A DNA stretch of 62,179 bases, counting the filler. It is 5 parts of 5 records of this genome, joined end to end, with 100 filler letters (N's around TTAATTAATTAA, not from the genome) between each part and the next. Parts side by side here need not be neighbours in the genome. Positions count along the whole stretch, not along the records: positions 30,661 to 42,488 come from SRR31156797_13767; positions 42,589 to 49,540 come from SRR31156797_13802; positions 49,641 to 56,214 come from SRR31156797_13803; 2 more parts are not named here. One strand, 5' to 3'. The notes under the pieces were generated by a model. The model was not told where the DNA came from and ran no database searches. It was given only the letters and a program-made list of their open reading frames with translations. The translations under genes were made by a program, and so were the position numbers. How positions within the stretch are numbered: position 1 is the first letter of the stretch; each line of letters opens with the position of its first letter. Positions 40,661-51,471 of the stretch are shown piece by piece.

Positions 40661-42406
40661 CTATTCACAGGTCAGGCATTCGGTATTCCCCCAGTCTTCT
40701 CCAAAGCGCAGCCAGTCCATCATGTCGCATTTACCGTCATGGTTCATGTCACACTCACAATCATTCGGTAGGCTGCCACTGGCTGGCGGCGTACCGCAAT
40801 CCTGACGGCCCCAGTCCTGGCCAAACATCAGCCAGTCGCGCATGTCGCAAACCTTATCCTGGTTCAGGTCGCATTCACAGAAATGGGGAAAGCCTGTGAT
40901 CCTTACGTGGTCGATGTACCAGCCCGGATAATTAGAAATGCCATCAGAGGTATGATAAAAACCGAGTCGTATTTTCTTCCCCCCATAGGTAGCAAGATCA
41001 ATATCAGGATGCTTTGTCCAGCCGCCGGAGGTTCCTGAAATTAAGGAAAGCGGTCCGTCCCATATCCACGCCTCTGTGGATTCATCATATGCCTGGATCC
41101 AGAATTCACCGTGGTCATCTCCATAGTTGTACCAGTGCATGAATGTCAGGAAGATATCATCACCTGGATTAACCCCGGAAAGGTCGATGGTTGAACTGAT
41201 AAGCCTGCTATCAGTATTTGTGGGATAGGTGCCGGTCAAATTCGTTCCCACACAATTCTCTCCGCTATAACAGGTGGGAGGCCCATAGGACGGTACCCCC
41301 ACCTGCCAAACGCCCCTGTCCGGAGCCCAGTCAGTCCAGCCGCACTCAAAATCCCAGGTGAGCTCAGGAGTTTTTCTTATCATTTCAATTTTATCGACAA
41401 ACCATCCGCTATAGTTAGAAATGCCATCTGAAATATGATAAAAGGCAATTTTGACCTTTTTCCCGGCATATGCCGTTATATCAACGTCCTTCCGTCCCCA
41501 ATAGGAATAATCGGCAGCAACAACGCAATAGGGAAGTTCACCCCATCCGGACCATCCTCCTGTTGACTCATCATAAACACTTATCTGCAAATCTCCAGAA
41601 TCGTCTCCATATGAAAACCATTGATAGAATCGAAGGTGTACCTCCTGGTCGCCTGTAGCGCCATCAACCCGGAAAGAAGGGCTTATAAGCCGACTGTCAG
41701 TGTTCGTCGGATAAGTACCGGACAAAACAGTGCCACCGCACATAATTCCCTCATAGGCACTGCCGGGTCCTGCTGTGGGTGTACCAATATTCCATACCCC
41801 TCTATCCGCAGACCAGTCTCTCCAACCATTTTCGAAGGTATATGGAGGGGCATCAGGGTCAATCTTTACCACGTCAATATTGTCAACAGACCACCCGGAA
41901 TAGACAGAAATGCCATCGGAAGTATGGTAAAAAGCAATTTTTACTTCCTTGCCGAGATATGACGTCAAATCTATTAATCTTGGACTCCAGCCAGAGGAAG
42001 AGTTATAGGTTGAACCAAGATTTGTCCAAGTTACGCCATCATCTTCAGATACCTGAACATACCCATGGTCATCTCCGTATGAAAACCATTGCCAGAAACG
42101 CAGATGCACCTCTTCATCCCCAAGGACGGCAACATTTGTAAGATCAATGACTGGACTGATGAGACGGCTGTCGGTGTTGACAGGATAATTCCCGTTGCAG
42201 ATGGTGGTAACATAAAAAATGCCCAGATCAGCATCTGGCGTGTTCCGAAGACATAGCTCCCAGACACCGTTATCGATCTGCCAGTTGCCAAGTCCCATCT
42301 CAAAGTTATTGCGGACGATTTCCTGGACTACTTGCGCGTTAGCAACTTGAAACACACCTATCAACAATGTAAAGGCCAACACGTACGTAATGATTTTTTT
42401 CTTCAT
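40661..42406 (-). CDS. Secreted protein with three MAM/cleaved-adhesin-like jelly-roll repeats and two C-terminal Cys-dockerin-like motifs
   Basis: AGGAGG RBS, signal peptide, three copies of YPxNTDSRLIS..YGDD..FYHxSDGIS..GWxxD; CECD..WG..C twice. Confidence 0.85.
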   Translation of the reverse strand: MKKKIITYVLAFTLLIGVFQVANAQVVQEIVRNNFEMGLGNWQIDNGVWELCLRNTPDADLGIFYVTTICNGNYPVNTDSRLISPVIDLTNVAVLGDEEVHLRFWQWFSYGDDHGYVQVSEDDGVTWTNLGSTYNSSSGWSPRLIDLTSYLGKEVKIAFYHTSDGISVYSGWSVDNIDVVKIDPDAPPYTFENGWRDWSADRGVWNIGTPTAGPGSAYEGIMCGGTVLSGTYPTNTDSRLISPSFRVDGATGDQEVHLRFYQWFSYGDDSGDLQISVYDESTGGWSGWGELPYCVVAADYSYWGRKDVDITAYAGKKVKIAFYHISDGISNYSGWFVDKIEMIRKTPELTWDFECGWTDWAPDRGVWQVGVPSYGPPTCYSGENCVGTNLTGTYPTNTDSRLISSTIDLSGVNPGDDIFLTFMHWYNYGDDHGEFWIQAYDESTEAWIWDGPLSLISGTSGGWTKHPDIDLATYGGKKIRLGFYHTSDGISNYPGWYIDHVRITGFPHFCECDLNQDKVCDMRDWLMFGQDWGRQDCGTPPASGSLPNDCECDMNHDGKCDMMDWLRFGEDWGNTECLTCE

Positions 42407-42488
42407 GCTGTTCCTCCTTTTGTTTAATAACAAAGCCTGACTTTTAAGGAAAAAGATCAATAGCTCTCTTTCTGTTTTAACAACTCCC

Positions 42489-42588
42489 NNNNNNNNNNNN
42501 NNNNNNNNNNNNNNNNNNNNNNNNNNNNNNNNTTAATTAATTAANNNNNNNNNNNNNNNNNNNNNNNNNNNNNNNNNNNNNNNNNNNN
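42489..42588. other. Artificial contig linker
   Basis: N runs with TTAATTAATTAA. Confidence 0.99.
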
Positions 42589-45500
42589 CATTTCCGTGGA
42601 GGGTATCCTTGCCGGCATTTCCGTATATGGTATCGCTGCCGGTATTTCCATCGACCGTATCATCCCCGTCCCCGGAGTAAACCGTATCATTACCCGCCCC
42701 GAGATCAATAATATCCCCGCCGTCTCCGGCATAGACCTCATCGTCCCCTCCCAGGCCGTTGATATTATCTTTTCCAGAAGTTCCTTCCAGGACATCGGCC
42801 TCTTCGGTCGAGGCAATGTCAATGCCTTTCAACTCAATGAGTTCGGAAACGGTCATGGTCTGACCGTCGGAAAATTCAATGACATCAATGGGGGAGGTGG
42901 CGGCTATATTACCGTGATCCACCCCGTCCAGATGAATTTCATCCCCTTCCGTTCCGGTGGTGATCATCAAAGATCCCAGGCCCAGACGGAGCATGTCAAG
43001 AGTGATGCCGACTTCAAGGACCAGCCGGTCATTTCCCCCTGGGTCGGTAATTCGTTTATATCCGCTTCCCAGGGCAAAACTATAAGTGTCATCCCCCAGC
43101 CCTCCGTCCATGGTATCATTGCCCCAGCCGGCATAAAGCGTATCATTTCCCTCTCCACCGTATAGTTGATCATCTCCGCCGCCGCCCCTTAGGATATCAT
43201 TACCCTCTCCGCCGTAAATGATGTCATTGCCGTGGTTATCAATGTAGAGATTACTTTCAATATCATCTCCCCATATGATATCGTCTCCTGTCCCCCCTTC
43301 TATGGTGTCATTGCCCCCGCCCCCCGTGATGGTATCGTCTCCGCCGTCCCCAAAAATGGTATCATCCCCATGGTCCGCAGCAGAAAGAACATCATCGGTG
43401 GCATCTCCGGCTATGATATCATTATCCTCTCCGCCGTAAATGATGTCATTGCCGCCTCCGCCTTCCAGATAATCCTCTCCGTTTCCCCCGTCCAGAAAAT
43501 CATCCCCGTTGTACAGGCTGTTCCGGTCGGTAACGCCTTTATCTCCCCAAATCTGGTCATTGTCGTCACCGCCCAGAAGGATATCGGCACCGCCGGCCCC
43601 GACAATGGTGTCTTCGCCGCTGCCTCCGGTGATGAAATCATCACCGTGGTAGGCCTCGTCTTCCACACTCCCTCCCCCGTCTCCATAGAGGGTGTCGTCC
43701 CCGTCTCCTCCGTCAAGGATGTCACCATTGCCTCCGCCGGCCAGGAAATCGTTTCCCCCTCCCCCGGCCAAAAAATCTTCCCCATTGGTTGTTCCGTAGG
43801 CATAATCCCCTAAAATAATATCGTCTCCTTCCCCCCCTGAAAGGATGTCGTCTTTTTCTCCTCCCCAGATTTTATCATTTCCGGAGCCGCCGAATATGAT
43901 GTCCTCGCCCTGGTCCCCGACCGGTATTCCGGCACTGTCCCCGCTCAGATGATCATCGCCGCCGCCTCCCAAAATGGTGTCATTGCCCTGCTCTCCAAAC
44001 ACCACATCATCATCAGCTCCGGCATCAATGTCATCATCGCCGTACCCGGCATAGATCCAGTCATTGCCCCCGCCGCCGAAAATCGTATCATTGCCGTGGT
44101 CTTCGGGATCGGTCCCATTGATTATTATACCGCCGCTGTAAACCCTGTTATAAATCGTTGTATCATTTTCCGTGGTCACGGTCCGGGTCACGGCCCATGG
44201 ATTATTGGCATTATACCATCCCATGTCCAGATCCCCCTCAATGGTATCGTCCCCGGCACCACCATAAATAAAATCATGGCCCGTACCGCCGAGGAGAACG
44301 TCATCACCCTGCCATCCGTAAAGAAGATCATCACCGTCCTGGCCGCTTAGAAGATCCCCTTTTTCTCCGCTGGCCTCTCCATCGGCATAGGCCCCAAGGA
44401 GTTCCTCATGGGAAAGTTTCAGATCCGCATACAAAACATCCGTATCTCCCCCCCCGAACAGGGCATCGGTATCCTCCCCCCCGATCAGGGTGCCTTTGCC
44501 TTCTCCGTCTTCTGCCCAGTCATCCCCTGTACCTCCGTCCAGGATATTGTCCCCCCCATTGACGCCGTAAAGAAAGTCGATTCCCCCGTAGCCGTAGAGT
44601 TCATCATTATCCTCGCCATCCCGAAGATCATCCTGGCGGCCGGGATCAGGTTTGTCTTCATCCCTGATCCAATTGCCCAGGCTGTCCTTTTTATGATAAA
44701 CATTGCCCCCGTCATCATAGAAATCCTTGAGTTCAAAGTCCCCATGAAGGCTCACCCCGTTAATATCAGGCTCATACGCTTCCGGGGCTTCCTCTCCCAG
44801 GTTGATACCGAAGCGGCCGTCTTCAAAATTATTGATGACCGCAGTGCCGCCCCCGTCCTTCAAGGTTATCGTGAGAACGCTGCCGCTATAGGAAGCGGTG
44901 GCACCGGTTGCGCTGTGCTCGTACCCGCTGCCGCTCTTTAGCCATGTCCCTCCCAGGACATTGCCCTCAATGTCCTTAATGATACCGTCGTTATCCTCGT
45001 CCGTAATATACGCCGTCCCCGCACCGATCACATAGGTATCCTTGCCGATCCCCCCGTAAAGGTGATCGGTACCGCCGCCGCCTGCAAGGATGTCTTCTCC
45101 CCCTCCACCGTAGATCTTTTCATCCAGTTCACTACCCATGACAGTATCAATATCCTTACCGCCCTGAATGGTAATATTAACGGCTGAGCCGGACGCTCCC
45201 CGGAGATCGAAGGTATTCTCTCCATCCCCGCCGTCAAGGACTAATCCCTCGTTGATTACGGCATCGGTTAATGTAAAGGTGTCTCTATCTGCCCCCCCGT
45301 ATACGGTAGTGGAGGCCCCAAGGGTGGACCTGCTGAGATCAACATTGTTCTGACCGTTGCCGGTGTAGATCTCAATATCGGATGTGACAGTGGAATCGGT
45401 AATCCCGATGGTATCGTTATTTATCCCACCCTTTATCTGGCCGATCTGAAGACTCTGCGAGTAGGATACTGAAAACTTATTTTCCCCATTTTTCAAATCG

Positions 45501-47716
45501 GCCGTCCCGATATCAAGATTTACAGCATTGGAAAAGGTAAAATTATCTTTGTCATTCCCTCCAGTAATCTGGCTGATTTTCAGATCCAAGGCAGAGTCTG
45601 ACGATAAGCTGTTTTCTCCTTCCCTTAGGTCAATGGATGTTATTTCACCCGCCGATGCCCTGCTTAGGTTCAGCTTATCCTTATCGGCTCCGCCTTCTAT
45701 TGCCTCTATGGTGTTTGCAGTGAGTCCGGAAAATGAATAGGTGTTGTCCCCGTCGCCCCCGGAAATGGTACCGATGGCTGCACCGCTGGCATTGGTATCC
45801 GTCATGGAAATGATATCCAGACCCTCCCCTGTCTCTATTGAGGAGATATTGCCCTTCAGAACGGCCCTGTCCAGGCGGATGGTATCGGTATCGTCCCCGG
45901 TTTTAATATTTTCGATACCGGACACTTCCAGATCAGAAAGATCAATGGTCATATCCGGATCACCGATTTCAAAAAAACCGCCTTCACCGCCGGTGATGGT
46001 GTCCGTCCCGGCCCCGCCGTCAATCTTTTCCATGATTTCATCAAACTGCCCCTCTTTTACCCGGAGGGTATCCTCACTGCCTCCCAGGCTGATTTCATGG
46101 ATATTTGTCACCTCGGTGCCGGTCAGGTCGATGGTGTCGGCAAGGTCCGTGCCCGCCAGAATATCCCGGCCGTCTGCTTCGGTGACGCCGCCGCCGTCGA
46201 TCTTTTCAACGGTGTCGTCCCCTTCGAACATATTGACCCGTATGGTGTCGCTGATCTGGCTGCCCTGGATGGTGTCTGTATCGGCACCGCCGTTAAAGAT
46301 GTCGAAGGCCTCCTTCGTGTCCGTTCCAATGACATAAAAGGTGTCGTCTCCATCACTGCCGTACATGGTATCAGCACCTTTGCCGCCTTCTATATAATCG
46401 TCTCCGCCATAACCGTAGATGGTATCATTTCCGCCCATGCCGTATAGATGATCCTCTCGGTCAAGGGTTACACAGCCTGCTAAGGTTTCACCTGTGTCTT
46501 TGCCGAAAAAATACTGGGCGGAATCAAATCCCCCGCTAACTACGGAATAGACATATTTCTCATCCAGCTCCATGTCTGTGAATTCAATATCATCCCCTGT
46601 ATTTTCGGGTCCGTGAAGAAAATAGGTTAGAAATAGCGCCCGGTCCTTCAGGTATTGATCGGAACATAATGAGGGATCCAGACCCTCTTCCGAATAATTG
46701 TTTTCCTCAACATAGCTTTTTAATTGCTGGACGGCCCAGAGGGCAACTTTACTTTTATCGTTTAAAAGTTCATCCTCAATTACGGAATAGCCTTTTGCAT
46801 AGTAATTATACACCTTATTGCTGCTTCCGTCTTGAAGGAGGACATTAAAATCCCCGTCGTGGTGCCGCATTATTTCTTCTACAATGGCGCTTCCCTCTGT
46901 CTCCCCCCAATAATCCGGCCGGAACACCTGGCTGATCCAAGGCTGATTAATGGTATGGTATTGATATACCTGGGTAAGACTTGCCCTGACATCTCCCATG
47001 GTGAATGTAAAGGCATCGGGGGATTTATCATACTCCACCGTCAAATCCTGTTCTTCAGGATGGGCGGAAGAGATTTCCCAGGCATTCAGATTGTTTAAGT
47101 TCAAACCGGTATCATAACCTGACACTTCCATATCTTCCCAGCAGGCATAGAGGGTGTCGCTCATCCGGCCGTAGGTGGTAAAAACTGCTGAATTGCGAAC
47201 CTTATCCCAGCTTCCCATGACTTTTGGCCCCAGATAGTGATCCCAAGCTTCGTCCGCCACCAGATCATATAGTATTGAACCTCCGACTCCGACTGCAGCT
47301 ACCAGTACGCCTACCGGTGCAGTAATAGCAATACCAGCCACGGCAAGAAGTCCACCAGCTCCCAATCCGACGGCTTCCCCCACCAATGCAGCACTTATGT
47401 TGGTGAGAAGCGTTTTTTCTATATCTGTTTCTCCCTGGGCGATTTCGACCATGCATTGGATCGGAACGATTATATTGCCAACCAAAAATTTTAAAGCTAA
47501 CTTGTTTGGAGTGGGCAAACTTGCCCCTGCGGAAAGCTCTGCTATTTGTACGACGGAAGCCGTGAATAAACTGGAGAGATTAAATATCCAAGATAGGACA
47601 TCGGGATCCTCTGTATCCATTCCTTGATCAAGGGCCGCCTGCATCAATGAATCTGTCATGTTACCATTTAATGTGCTGTTTTTCGAGGCTGTTTGCGTAA
47701 TAAAATTATCTGCCAT
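42589..47716 (-). CDS. Large RTX (hemolysin-type Ca-binding repeat) protein, probably T1SS-secreted, 3'-truncated
   Basis: Dozens of GGxGxDxLx nonapeptides, no signal peptide, GSLMITTG..IEFSDG spacer domain; GAGGAG RBS. Confidence 0.92.
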
Positions 47717-48947
47717 TATCAATCTCCTCTAAAATTTTAATTTCCCTGTGAAAAAGTGATTCTACTTTTCTTATTATGTCTTCTGGTCGCTCATTTCGTC
47801 TTCGATTCGTCTTGCCCGGCACACTGAGTTGACAGAACCGTTTGAGCACATGACTCCAGAACCTGGAGATATGGACATCTGTACTTGTTCCCAGCAGTGT
47901 TTTTGCCTGGGTTCTGTCCTTCATTCTGTACACAGCAGCCTCGGTATCTCCCAATAGTCCCAAAAATTCTCCCCGGAACCGGATATAATCCCTGACCTCC
48001 TTGGAATCGCAGTTGAATTCCCGGCTGTGGATTGTTCCCTCTGCAACACGCCCTGCCGTCATTTGCAGGTTGATTTGCCTTATGGCCTCTAATTTGGGAT
48101 GTTTCTGAACAAAAGCCTTGAGTTCGGGGGAGGTTTCCCATTGAGTCTTGAGGTTTTCCAGCCAGATGACCATCTGCCGGTTCCGTTCCAGGAGCCTATG
48201 ATTTTGGGCCGCCAATCGGGCGGACCCTAAATACTGTCCTGTCAAATGCCCGTTTTTGATTGCATAATAATATGCCTGACCCGGGAACCCTTTCATATAC
48301 TGGACCCTCATCCGGGAATCTGCAAACTCAAAATTTGCCTGGCGGGCCAGGGAAAACCAGGTCCGGTCCACAAGGTCCATCATAGGCTGATAGGGTGTAT
48401 AGCCGTGATGCTGGGTCCCCTTGGTATTGGAAAATATCCTGGAATAGGGATAGATGAACCAGAGATCTGTCCAGACCCCCAGCTCGCCGTCATCCGGGGG
48501 CAGGTATTGAATACCCTTATTATAAATCCATTCCTGCAGGCGGTTAAACGGCTGGATGGGCGGTTTATCAACGTGGGAGACTTGATAAATAAGCCGCCGG
48601 TAGCGGTTGACCACCTGCCCGGCCACCCAGTATTCCTTGGCCGTAAGGTGGGCATTATCTTCTCCCATCCACCTGACCCGCTCAAAGACAAATAAAAAAC
48701 TATTAAAACAGAGGAGTGACATCAGAAGTAAAAGCGCCGCTTTAGATCCGGGCAGGCCGATCAGGGTATTTTTTATCCAGGCAGCGATCCCCTTCCAGAT
48801 CAATAGATATCCGGGGGCTGACCCCCTTTTGCCCAGAACACTCTTCAAATCCCGAAGGGTCTGGATCACCATGCCAATGGCAAGAAAATAGGTAAAAACC
48901 AGGCCGGTAAGGCAAAAAGTAAAAAAAATAGACCATAGAAAATGCAT
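47706..48947 (-). CDS. Hypothetical membrane-anchored protein (candidate immunity/accessory protein)
   Basis: Two N-terminal TM segments and a helical soluble domain; its stop overlaps the RTX start. Confidence 0.7.
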   Translation of the reverse strand: MHFLWSIFFTFCLTGLVFTYFLAIGMVIQTLRDLKSVLGKRGSAPGYLLIWKGIAAWIKNTLIGLPGSKAALLLLMSLLCFNSFLFVFERVRWMGEDNAHLTAKEYWVAGQVVNRYRRLIYQVSHVDKPPIQPFNRLQEWIYNKGIQYLPPDDGELGVWTDLWFIYPYSRIFSNTKGTQHHGYTPYQPMMDLVDRTWFSLARQANFEFADSRMRVQYMKGFPGQAYYYAIKNGHLTGQYLGSARLAAQNHRLLERNRQMVIWLENLKTQWETSPELKAFVQKHPKLEAIRQINLQMTAGRVAEGTIHSREFNCDSKEVRDYIRFRGEFLGLLGDTEAAVYRMKDRTQAKTLLGTSTDVHISRFWSHVLKRFCQLSVPGKTNRRRNERPEDIIRKVESLFHREIKILEEIDNGR

Positions 48948-48951
48948 ATGC

Positions 48952-49347
48952 TTATCCCTTTTCCTCCAAATTAATCCATTGATCCAGAACCCAGATTTCA
49001 GGGCCCCATTCCCGCTCTCCCCACTGGGCCTTAATAAAAGGAGCAAAGGTTTTATCCAGGATGATCATTTTCACTTCGGCTCCATTGGTTCGCTGCCGCC
49101 GCATCTCGGTTACCAGCACTCGGTCACTCTCTTTTTTTTTGCCTTGGTCAAGGAGTGTCACATAGGTTTTTAACTCATCCAGGCTAAAAAAATAGACTTG
49201 TCCCTTTTTAAGGGTCAGGATCTGTTTTGAGGTAGGGGGGAAGGACGGCAGCCCCCCATGGGACAGGACAGCAGTCCATATCCCAAGAAGAACGGCGGCC
49301 ATTACTGCCACCCTTAATTTCCAAATAATAGCAAATAATCTGCGCAT
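48952..49347 (-). CDS. Small membrane-anchored hypothetical protein
   Basis: GAGG RBS, N-terminal TM, 4-nt gap to the next gene. Confidence 0.6.
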   Translation of the reverse strand: MRRLFAIIWKLRVAVMAAVLLGIWTAVLSHGGLPSFPPTSKQILTLKKGQVYFFSLDELKTYVTLLDQGKKKESDRVLVTEMRRQRTNGAEVKMIILDKTFAPFIKAQWGEREWGPEIWVLDQWINLEEKG

Positions 49348-49540
49348 AAAATCTTCCTCTATTTTTTATAAACGGTTAAAAGGGGGGATACCCCTTCATT
49401 TGTTTCAATCCATTAATGGTTTAGTTTCCTCCATTTTTTGGGAATGCATTCCCACCTCATACCGAAACGGATACTCCAGCCTGGACTCCCGCACCTTCAG
49501 ATCCGCGGTTTCTTTATCCCCCTTGTCAACATCGGTAAAA

Positions 49541-49640
49541 NNNNNNNNNNNNNNNNNNNNNNNNNNNNNNNNNNNNNNNNNNNNTTAATTAATTAANNNN
49601 NNNNNNNNNNNNNNNNNNNNNNNNNNNNNNNNNNNNNNNN
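49541..49640. other. Artificial contig linker
   Basis: N runs with TTAATTAATTAA. Confidence 0.99.
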
Positions 49641-49641
49641 A

Positions 49642-51471
49642 CCTCTTCTTTTTCTTGATGGAAGTATTGGAAAAGTGATGGGAGTTATTCCTGTTATTGT
49701 TATTGCAGTACTTCTGCTCAGTCTTGTAGAATCTCTCTTTATTCTTCCGGCTCATCTAAGTTCCGTAAAAATAAAAGAAATGGGCGTGTGCACAAGTTAT
49801 CTATGTAAAGTAAGTAAGGTCACTTCAAGAGGTCTTGAAAAATTCGTTCAGAACAAGTTCACACCTTTTTTAAAGCTTGCTGTGAAATATAAATATACAA
49901 CAATTGCCATAAATGTTTTCATTCTTCTTTTTGCTGTGGGAATGCTGACAAGCGGGATGCTTTCTTTTAACTTTTTTCCGGAAGTTGAGTCTGACAGCAT
50001 GATATCTCTTGTTGAAATGCCTCCTGGAACTTCGATCAAGCAAACTCAGGAAGTTGTTGGAAAGATCAATAATGCAGCTGACAAAGTAATTGCCGAGTAC
50101 AAGGAGAAATATCCAAAGATAGCTGATCGTCTTGTTAAAAATACTTTTTCCATCATTGGTGAACAGCCGGCAACTCAGGGCGGTCCGGGTGGAAAAGCAT
50201 CTCTTTTTGCAGATCCTTCAAAAGCTCAGATAACTATTGAGCTCTTAAGCTCGGAAAAGAGAGAGTTCTCAACGACTGAAATGGTTAATAGATGGAGAGA
50301 GTTAACAGGCCCTGTTCCATCAGTGCGATCTATGACTTTTCAGGCAAATATGTTTAGTTCGGGAAATCCTGTTGAAGTTCAGCTTTCAGGAGAGAATGAT
50401 GAGGATCTTGCTAAAGCTGTGGAAATGACGGAAGAGATACTTCGTGAATATAAAGGTGTTTTTGATATAAAGAACACTCTGCAGGAAGGAAAAGAGGAGT
50501 TAAAACTTAAGTTAAAACCTTCAGCATCAACTCTTGGTCTTACAACAAATGATCTTGCATTTCAGGTTAGGCAGGCATTTTTCGGTGATGAAGCGATGAG
50601 GATCCAGAGAGGAAAGGATGAGGTCAAGGTCATGATAAGATATAAGGAAGAGCAGAGAACGTCTCTTTCTGATATTACAAATATGATGATCAGAACACAA
50701 AGTGGCGACGAGATCCCTTTTTCTGATGTAGCAATAGTGGATATGGGAAGGGGGTACGCTTCTATTAACCGCTCTAACAGGACAAGAATTGCTTCAGTTA
50801 CTGCCGATGTTGATGACTTGGTGGCAAATTCAAATCAAATCAACACAGATTTGGCTAAAAGAATTGAAAAAGACATTCTGCCCAGATTGCAGAATATTTC
50901 CTATTCCTTTGAAGGCTCACAGCGTGAACAGCAAAAATCACTTGGAAGTCTTGCTTTTGGATATGCCATTGCGCTGATGCTCATTTACATTCTGCTTGCA
51001 ATTCCATTTAAATCTTATTCTCAACCGCTTATCATTATGAGTGCGATCCCGTTTGGACTGATAGGTGCGATCTTTGGCCATGTTATTTTAGGTTGGAACA
51101 TGACGATCATGAGTCTGATCGGAGTTGTTGCGCTTTCAGGAGTTGTTGTAAATGATTCTTTAGTTCTGGTTGACTTTATAAATGAGATGGTGAGAGAAAG
51201 GGGCGAAACTTTAAACAAAGCAATTGTTTTAGCTTCAGGAAAGAGGATCAGACCAATTCTGCTCACCTCGGTAACGACTTTTGTCGGTTTACTGCCTATG
51301 ATATTTGAAAAAAGTCTTCAGGCTCAATTCTTGATCCCGATGGCTATCAGTCTTGGTTTCGGTGTGATCTTTTCTACTGCAACAACACTGATACTTGTTC
51401 CTTGCGGAATTTCAGCGATCGAGGACTTGAAAAATGTGTTTAAAGGCAAAAAACAGGAGGTGGTACAATGA
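49642..51471 (+). CDS. AcrB/AcrD/AcrF-family RND permease, 5'-truncated
   Basis: SLVESLFILPAH, GVVVNDSLVLV, RIRPILLTSVTT, PMAISLGFG. Confidence 0.93.
   Translation, partial: PLLFLDGSIGKVMGVIPVIVIAVLLLSLVESLFILPAHLSSVKIKEMGVCTSYLCKVSKVTSRGLEKFVQNKFTPFLKLAVKYKYTTIAINVFILLFAVGMLTSGMLSFNFFPEVESDSMISLVEMPPGTSIKQTQEVVGKINNAADKVIAEYKEKYPKIADRLVKNTFSIIGEQPATQGGPGGKASLFADPSKAQITIELLSSEKREFSTTEMVNRWRELTGPVPSVRSMTFQANMFSSGNPVEVQLSGENDEDLAKAVEMTEEILREYKGVFDIKNTLQEGKEELKLKLKPSASTLGLTTNDLAFQVRQAFFGDEAMRIQRGKDEVKVMIRYKEEQRTSLSDITNMMIRTQSGDEIPFSDVAIVDMGRGYASINRSNRTRIASVTADVDDLVANSNQINTDLAKRIEKDILPRLQNISYSFEGSQREQQKSLGSLAFGYAIALMLIYILLAIPFKSYSQPLIIMSAIPFGLIGAIFGHVILGWNMTIMSLIGVVALSGVVVNDSLVLVDFINEMVRERGETLNKAIVLASGKRIRPILLTSVTTFVGLLPMIFEKSLQAQFLIPMAISLGFGVIFSTATTLILVPCGISAIEDLKNVFKGKKQEVVQ

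Noticed and set aside
42596-46447. Many plus-strand ORFs and ATCATC/CCGCC-type nucleotide repeats, superficially array-like
   Set aside because: They reflect RTX GGxGxD codons; there is no constant repeat-spacer CRISPR pattern.
49405-49540. Minus-strand ORF tail FTDVDKGDKETADLKVRESRLEYPFRYEVG...
   Set aside because: Too short at the contig edge to assign.
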